This document shows, one piece after another, positions 57,295 through 64,000 of a stretch of DNA of 64,000 nucleotides. The stretch comes from Leidyana gryllorum EB-2025a. Lineage: Eukaryota > Protista > Apicomplexa. The notes under the pieces were generated by a model. The model ran no database searches and was not told the DNA's origin. It saw only the letters and a list, made by a program, of their open reading frames with translations. The position numbers and the translations under genes are program-made. The stretch lies in contig JBLWGC010000102.1 of the NCBI GenBank assembly GCA_048772705.1, forward strand, positions 33,382-97,381. Direction: 5' to 3'. Each line of letters opens with the position of its first letter. Positions within the stretch are counted from its first letter, which is position 1.

Positions 57295-57340
57295 AATCTG
57301 ACGGAACTTATGGGATCTTTTTACACAAGACAAAAAACGG

Positions 57341-59137
57341 ATGCTGCCCCACCCACAATATCCTCCCACTCCCCACGAAGCCAAGGCTTCCTGCCAAGAA
57401 ATCTTTGTGTCTGACTTGCGAAGAAGAGATAATAATCCCCCTTCTCAGCACTTGAAGGATTGTTTCATAACTCTGCGTCCCCGAGGACGAACTGTTGAGA
57501 AACACTCCACATATCTACAAGTGGCATGTGAGGGTCTCGAGGGCACACAGGGTGTCGTGGTTCGCTTCCACCTTCACTCCATAGTCACTGTATCCAACAT
57601 TGCCGACCACCGATATACCTTCACCATATACGGCCCGAGATGGACCGCACCATTCATTGACCTCATTCACCTCTCTGACCTCCACATTCACCAGGATAAG
57701 ACACAGGAGCTTCCACCACTCAGTAAAGCAGCCGAATGGGCTCTCAAGATGTGTGCTAGACACAGATTCGAGTACGAGCGCGTAGTAGAGTACTGCACAG
57801 AAGAAGCTTTGACACAAAACCCCGCCCTTTATTACCCTTTGTCAAAGGCCCTCTTCGGCTTAAGGCGAGAAAAAGAGAGTGTGAATGCCTTCTACAACTT
57901 TGAGAGGGCGTGGAGGGCCAACCGCCGACACAAATGTGGGGTAGCGGAGGCTCAATTGCGGAGACTCGCTCGTAGGGCCCAACTTTGGGAGAGAGAGCTT
58001 TCTGCTTCCGACCAAAATCAGTTCGTAGAAGACGACCAAGTCATCGGTAGACATACTGAACATGCCACCATAACTTCGGCCTTTGGCTCACTCGTCGCCG
58101 TCAAGGATCTCCCCAACCGAGGAAAGGGTGTCGTCGCCATTGCTCCCATTCCCAGTGACACTGTGCTCCTGCATGAACACCCTATCGCTACCGGCTGTGA
58201 TCAGCGTGATCTCCTCTTAGCCCTGAGTACAACGCTACTCGCCAATCCCTCCTTGAGACCTCTTTGTTGCGATCTATGCGCCCTCTCATGGAAACAAGAG
58301 GGGGAGGAAGGCGACGCAGAGGGAGACACAGAGGAGGCACGAGCACTGAACTCGTACTTCTTGGAGGACGTTCTGGCACACAACGCGTTCACCATCGAGT
58401 CGTGTGAAGATGATATGAATTTCGTTTATGGCCGAGGCGGGCGGGACGTGAGACGAAAGAAGGCTCTTACGGGAGCTCAACTCGCCTTGTACCCGATCGC
58501 GAGCCGATTTAATCATTCCTGCGACCCTAACTGCTATCGAGTATTCCACCAAGAAGGCGTTTGCATTCGAGCCGGACGGGACATTGAAGTGGGGGAAGAA
58601 TTGACTTTGAACTACGTCAGTTGGGACATGGGACTTAAAGATCGTCAAGAATCTTTAAAGAAGTGGGGTTTCAATTGCGAGTGTGAGAGATGCAGATCGG
58701 AAACCAACTGTCCTCAAGTCATCTGTAAGTTGGACAAAATGGCACAGGAGCTTCTCGAGTCGGATGTGACAAAGGGGGACACCACTTTAGTGGAAAGAAT
58801 GCTTGCGACTGTCGAAACCATGACTCAGCTCGCCGAAGGGCACAGAATATGGGCTGCCCCTTATCTGCACGCCTATTCGACTCTCGCGTTGAGTTTGGAT
58901 AAGATCGATTGTCACGATGAGGCGTCAGCTATTTGGCAACATGTGATCCGTGTGCTGCAGGTTGGTCCGTCCTTGAAGCTCCGACGCGACCCGTTGACTC
59001 TATATATGGTGCGGCACACTGCACTAGGCAACTCTTCGTCCCAATTTGTGAACGATCTAGTCAATGAAGCGAGTCAATTAGCTCAAAAGTGGAGTAGTTC
59101 AGCTGAGGAATTCCTCGAATATTGCAGTGCTGACTGA
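57341..59137 (+). CDS. SET-domain (SMYD-like) lysine methyltransferase
   Basis: RGKGVVA, HNAF, LYPIASRFNHSCDPN, RDIEVGEELTLNY, post-SET WGFNCECERC. Confidence 0.92.
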   Translation: MLPHPQYPPTPHEAKASCQEIFVSDLRRRDNNPPSQHLKDCFITLRPRGRTVEKHSTYLQVACEGLEGTQGVVVRFHLHSIVTVSNIADHRYTFTIYGPRWTAPFIDLIHLSDLHIHQDKTQELPPLSKAAEWALKMCARHRFEYERVVEYCTEEALTQNPALYYPLSKALFGLRREKESVNAFYNFERAWRANRRHKCGVAEAQLRRLARRAQLWERELSASDQNQFVEDDQVIGRHTEHATITSAFGSLVAVKDLPNRGKGVVAIAPIPSDTVLLHEHPIATGCDQRDLLLALSTTLLANPSLRPLCCDLCALSWKQEGEEGDAEGDTEEARALNSYFLEDVLAHNAFTIESCEDDMNFVYGRGGRDVRRKKALTGAQLALYPIASRFNHSCDPNCYRVFHQEGVCIRAGRDIEVGEELTLNYVSWDMGLKDRQESLKKWGFNCECERCRSETNCPQVICKLDKMAQELLESDVTKGDTTLVERMLATVETMTQLAEGHRIWAAPYLHAYSTLALSLDKIDCHDEASAIWQHVIRVLQVGPSLKLRRDPLTLYMVRHTALGNSSSQFVNDLVNEASQLAQKWSSSAEEFLEYCSAD

Positions 59138-59887
59138 CTGACTGACCTGCTGGCTTTTTTCTCGAACACATGAAATGCTTCCGATGCTGCCGTAGGCAGT
59201 CCTCCCCGGCGCCTGTACCTGACCTGGAGATCCCTGCCAGTCGTGTCAGCTCCCACAACGGCAGAAAGCCCAGAACTCGGGCCCAGATGAGGTCGCTAAG
59301 CATTTGTCAGCACCAAAGGTTGGGGGAGTGTGTTTGCGCACCCGTGTGCGAGCTGTAACCAGTGACCCGCCAGTGCCGTGTAGGGATTCCGCCGCAGTTC
59401 CCGTTGAGATATCCTGTCGTGTGGACACCATAGAGCAATATGTCCCGTGTCTCGCTTCCTACAATCCCTTCTGACCTCGTGGTCGCTGGCTGCTCCATAA
59501 CCGGCAACCGGATGCAGCATATGGCCATTGACGACAAATGTTGGCTTCCGACCCTTCTCTTCACCATTGGGAAAGATCAAATAAGTTTCATTTTGGGTCT
59601 CAGCAGCAAGCCAGCATCGCGGCTAAGATGCTCTCGAACATCCAGTACAGTCACGCCTTGCTGGGAAATCATCACATTCAGATTATGGTCTATCATCACT
59701 CTCTCCATCAACGAGTCGAGGAGGCCGTTCCATAAGGCAGCGAGCAATCAGTCCACATCGTCAGACTCCATGATAGATTCCTTGGCGTCAATTTAAGGGG
59801 CTTTTCTGATCATTCTCTGTACGGCAAACGACTGCGTTTGCAGTCCTACGAAATTGTTCTATCTATCTAAAGTCGGTACCTAGGGCC

Positions 59888-60420
59888 TCAACTTTGCGTG
59901 GCTCCACCAAGGTCAGTATGCAACGCGTACTCCCCGGTCTTCGGACTCTTCGGACTCTTCTGACTCTTCGGACTCTTCGGACGCTTCGGAATGCACGGAC
60001 TGCACGGAGGCAGCTGCTGGGGGCACCTTTGTAAATGATCGTGGGTCAGATTCCGTGGTCGCCTCAGGTGGAGGCTCCACATTGGCAATTCTCCGAGCCT
60101 CTGCCAGCCTTTGCCAGCTCACCTCGAGAAGTTGACGGCAAATACTCTCAGCTACTGGGCTGTCGGCCTCTGAGCCTCCATGCTGATGGCTAATACGCTC
60201 GCTCGCCGAGCTGTCATTCGCCGAGCCTCCATGCTGATGGCGAATACGCACAACTACCGCGCTGCCATCCTCTGAGCCTTCAGAAGACTTACAGCGGCTC
60301 TTCCAATTCCGTGCCGACTTCCAGCAGCTCTTGCGGTTCCGTGCCGACTTCCGCTTTCGCTTCGCTTCGCGGGTCCTTTTCCATTCATCACAGCAGTGCT
60401 CAATGAACTTCTCAAGTCTG
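59888..60420 (-). CDS. Hypothetical protein exon(s) with internal repeats (gene boundaries unresolved)
   Basis: Open frame LEKFIEHCCDEWKRTREAKRKRKSARNRKS..(RIxHQHGGS)x2..SEESEESEE, with an acceptor near 60419. Confidence 0.35.
59940..59991. repeat. 9-nt tandem repeat (cttcggact)n encoding SEE repeats on the minus strand
   Basis: ttcggactcttcggactcttctgactcttcggactcttcggacgcttcgga. Confidence 0.8.
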
Positions 60421-61530
60421 CAGGAACATAACTGTCAATCAGATCGAGTCAAACTTTCAGACGGCTCGCTACGAAGAACAGGAGCCCGTACGCCTCTGCT
60501 TTAATTAAATCTTGGCTGCCGACCGCTCGGTTTCGCGGTTCGCTCAGGTTAAACAGCTAGACGGATATGAATACCAATACGGCGGCCAGAATCAGTGCCA
60601 ACCCTCCAGATACCGCTACCGAGCAGCTCATTGAGTGTTTAGGAGTCATTGAGGATTGAGGAGAAGTGTGAAAATGAAAGACTGATCTTAGTTTCGAGCG
60701 ACCCCACTGCCCGTGTCTCCTCTCCCTGTCCCATTCTGTCATTCTCTGACGGGGTGTGAGATGTAAGATCCCATTGAGGGGAATGAGGTGAAACGGCGTT
60801 AGTCAGTCCAGCTATATTGTTTATGGTCTATGGTCTACGAAAAAGAGTCTACGCACGGTAGGGTCCCTCTGCGCTCGTCATGTCGCCTGGATGGCTCAGG
60901 GGTGCTCGATGTCGCTTTGGGACAGATCGATCCTTAAGAGCACATTTTCTGTTGGGTTTTGTTACGCTGCCTTTTCAACAGTGTTGTGTGTGCTCATACT
61001 TCTCGAACATGTTTGACAAGCTTTCAGAGTCTGTCAATCGCAACTCCTGTTCACCCACCCGACAGCGTTTCCCTTGTACAATATTGGCTGCACTCACGAG
61101 CACCGAAGCTGCAAATGGTCGCTTGCCGGGGGACGGCACACTTGCTTCGTCGGACGAGTTCGTCAGAAGATGGGTATGTTAGCATCCCATCATCGCTGCA
61201 GGAGCACTTGTGGCGGTCCCAGTCGAGGCGACATCCCCATTGACAGCAAAGGAGTGATCCATTTGTCGTTGTGGCTGGTCGCGCACCCCCTCCCCCGCAT
61301 TGAAATCGTTTCGAACAGCAAATTCCCAACTGAGCTTTTTCCACCTGCTGTGACGCTTGGCCTGCGTTCTTGGAAGCTTTCTTGCGCAGATGACAGGCTC
61401 GATGGTCCAGCGTTTGTTTTCGTGATTTGCATCACTGTTTTGTCCACTGGGCACTGCGTGTTACGGCAGGTACCTGTCCTATCACACCAGGGTACTATGG
61501 CGCGCCTTAGAAAAACAATGTTAGATTGTT

Positions 61531-62298
61531 ATGATTGATCTTCCTTCGATCTGTTGGACTCAAATTTGTGGTTTCCTACGGGTTGGGGAAGTATGTCGGT
61601 CAGCCACAATATCGCCCCACATACTCCAGTGTGTACAAGGCTTGCTGAGACCCACCCAGCTGGTGATAGACTTACTGAACCAGGATCTTTTGCATCAATG
61701 GAGTGATTATGGTGAATGGTGGTCGGGCGCGGCGAAGAGCGTGTAATTGCTCATTCTAACGGAGCTCCTTTCCAGGTGGTCACCGCGACTGCTGGTTGGG
61801 CTCTCGAGGCTGTGTTCGACGGAATGCATGCCTCGATTGAAAGACTGTCGTCTGAGTTATGGTGCTGCGTTCCAAGATGGGAATGTCAAGATCCCCGGCT
61901 TCCCTTCACTCGAATTTCTCAATCTCGTGGGCGATTGTACCCCTTCACATGTTTCCCAGTTTCGGGGATGGCCGCGATGTATGCCCAACGTGTCTATTGA
62001 TGCCCCCCGGCTGAAGGCTTTCTTTGTTGGAGCTTGGGAGCTTCAGAAGCTCAAGACTCAATTACTCGAGCCTCATGTCGCCGCCGGACTGCTTGATGAG
62101 CTGAGGTATGTATCTAGGCGGAGTGTTTTGGTCATCACCTCGGACGGGTGGAAGACCCTTTCTGAAGACGAAGCCCCACCCACGATGGAGGAACGCATCA
62201 ACGACAATGTTGTGTATGGTAGGATGCTGCTCCCGCCTGCCTTTATCCAAGGGGGGATCGCCCCTGTGTGTGAGCGGTGGCCGCGCGACCATAGGTGA
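61531..62298 (+). CDS. F-box-like protein, 2 exons
   Basis: MIDLPSICWTQICGFLRVGEVCRSATIS is F-box-like; an intron at ~61712-61775 leads into an LRR-like frame (MPRLKDCRL, FPSLEFLNL, APRLKAF). Confidence 0.55.
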
Positions 62299-62382
62299 GC
62301 TTCTTGAGATTGGGGCCTGTCTATGTCAGTCTTACTCAGGGCCTGTGAGCTGTTAGCGTACGTTCGCGAGTACTGATGTCGA

Positions 62383-63549
62383 ATGCGAAGAGATGCCCCC
62401 GTTGCCGAGCAAAAGTTGATTCGCGACATTCCTCATTGTATAACCGTTTACAGCACTAAAGGTCACCCGGTTGCGCAGTGGCAACAGGTGATTGACACTG
62501 GCGATATTGGCGAACTTCCGCACTGGGTGATGTGGGTCCCAACCCTCAAGTCGGCAATGACTGAAGCTTCTGGGCCACGTGTCAGGTCTGTTGAAGAGCT
62601 CGCCAAAGGCCGCGACCTCGATCTGTCGGGTCTCGAGTGTATCGTTCAAGGGTGGGGGTCCTCCCTTCTGGGACCCGGGAAAATGAGACGTTTCTGGAAG
62701 AGAGTGCGCGGATGTGCATCTTTGCATCGCCTAGAACTCGAAACCGAAATATGGACAGGAATGCTGGTTCGTAAATCGCCGGATCCTTTTCCACCAGGAG
62801 CTGTCCGATTGTGGGTGGACTCTCACAGACGGCTGCCGGCGTCATTCGCGTGCGCCAAAGTCTATCAAAGTTCCATTGTGCGTGCCAAACTAGACTATGT
62901 GACGGTTATCGATGGTATCGGAAACTCGCGCCAAATCACCTGGACGTATCTCGCAGCCCGCGGGTGTCTCAGACATGGCCGTCGACTTCGGTACGTCTTC
63001 CCATTGGTCGGGTACCTTCCAGAGCCCTACGCAACAATGATCCTCGAGCTGGTAATGGGTGAGTACCAAGACTCTACACTTCGCCTCGCTGCTGAAGCGG
63101 TCGGAGGAGAGGTGAAGGACGCCCCAGACAATGATGAGAAAACCTATTTTGAGGTAACGGCACCCGATACGTCACTCTGGGCTCCGACCATCGAGGTTCA
63201 GCCCGTCGGCATATTGTCCAACGGTCAACGAACGGCTTTCCAGCGGTGGTACAGAACTATCATACGCCAAACCGACGCCACTGCTGTGCCTATTACGGGC
63301 ATATCGGAGAGGCAACTCATCGGAAACCGCAGTCCGCAGTCCAACTGGTTCCTCAACCGTCTACTGTGGGGTCGGTATGAAGAACTCGACCGTTGGGGTG
63401 TTCCCCTCGAGATTCCTCCCATTGTCCCCGACCACTGGTTCGGTGTAGGAGCCACTCATTGCCCGGGACACCCTCAAAACAACAACAACATGCAGCAGTG
63501 CGACGGACCAGCTGGATCTGCCCGCACCACAGTCTCTGATACTGAATGA
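62383..63549 (+). CDS. Hypothetical protein (388 aa)
   Basis: Long intronless ORF with globular-looking composition; no family recognised. Confidence 0.55.
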   Translation: MRRDAPVAEQKLIRDIPHCITVYSTKGHPVAQWQQVIDTGDIGELPHWVMWVPTLKSAMTEASGPRVRSVEELAKGRDLDLSGLECIVQGWGSSLLGPGKMRRFWKRVRGCASLHRLELETEIWTGMLVRKSPDPFPPGAVRLWVDSHRRLPASFACAKVYQSSIVRAKLDYVTVIDGIGNSRQITWTYLAARGCLRHGRRLRYVFPLVGYLPEPYATMILELVMGEYQDSTLRLAAEAVGGEVKDAPDNDEKTYFEVTAPDTSLWAPTIEVQPVGILSNGQRTAFQRWYRTIIRQTDATAVPITGISERQLIGNRSPQSNWFLNRLLWGRYEELDRWGVPLEIPPIVPDHWFGVGATHCPGHPQNNNNMQQCDGPAGSARTTVSDTE

Positions 63550-64000
63550 TTTCGAGTTACCCTTCCCGGAAGTGAATTGAGAAGGTTTGGTATATGTTGA
63601 CTATAGATTTACCGCCCCCCAATGGGCCTTCGGACCGCATGTCGGGTTGCGAGAGGGGCGTCGGGGGCACGGTGCTTTGGCAGGCCGCGTTCCAACTTTC
63701 ACTCTGTGAGCGCTCGGTCGAGAATCACTCACTACTGGTTCTTGCGTCTCGCAAGATGCGGGACGATACGAGCGAGATCAATCGCGCGTCCTCGACCAGG
63801 TCGCGGTTGAGCCAACGAGTGGCTGCGATCTCCTTTCGTGTGTCCTCAAAGCGAAACGTCCAACCATGGGCCACAATGTCGCCTGTGCACTGTATTTATC
63901 ACCAATGCCCGTCGGAGCAACCTACCTGCCCGGACTGACTGACTGCCTGGGTCCCGTGTCCTGAGTCTGGAGGAGGCCTGGTAGCTGTCCAAAGTGATGG

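Noticed and set aside
1-64000. Alternative genetic code or programmed frameshifting to explain broken ORFs
   Set aside because: Every break examined is closed by a short GT-AG intron, and TAA, TAG and TGA all terminate conserved genes.

Overview
Eukaryotic nuclear DNA in the standard genetic code. It is very gene-dense, with short GT-AG introns (mostly about 35-60 nt). An alveolin (IMC-type) gene places it in the Alveolata; the compactness and intron style suggest an apicomplexan, possibly a gregarine (inference). Recognisable genes: USP7-like deubiquitinase (partial, mostly missed by the ORF track), Ddi1, a P5C-reductase homolog, SAM synthetase, a divergent importin-alpha, TMEM234, Cdc14, a multi-FKBP/TPR protein, a CCCH zinc-finger protein, the TFIIIC TPR subunit, a bacterial-type glutamate decarboxylase, ZNF207/BuGZ, alveolin, a GT25-like glycosyltransferase, RAMP4/SERP1, a membrane RING-H2 E3, HTATSF1, topoisomerase II, a SET protein and an F-box-like gene. 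Most unusual: (1) a degenerate Crinkler-type REase+kinase gene immediately downstream of a highly divergent PCNA/9-1-1-like clamp gene; (2) operon-like spacing, with 4-110 nt between tandem genes and 31-65 nt between divergent ATGs, which implies overlapping or polycistronic transcripts; (3) a probable horizontally acquired GAD; (4) a ~10.5 kb gene for a giant multi-domain EF-hand membrane protein; (5) a P5CR and an importin-alpha with altered functional motifs. No tRNA, rRNA, CRISPR array or intact transposon was recognised. All homology calls come from motif recognition by eye; no searches were run.
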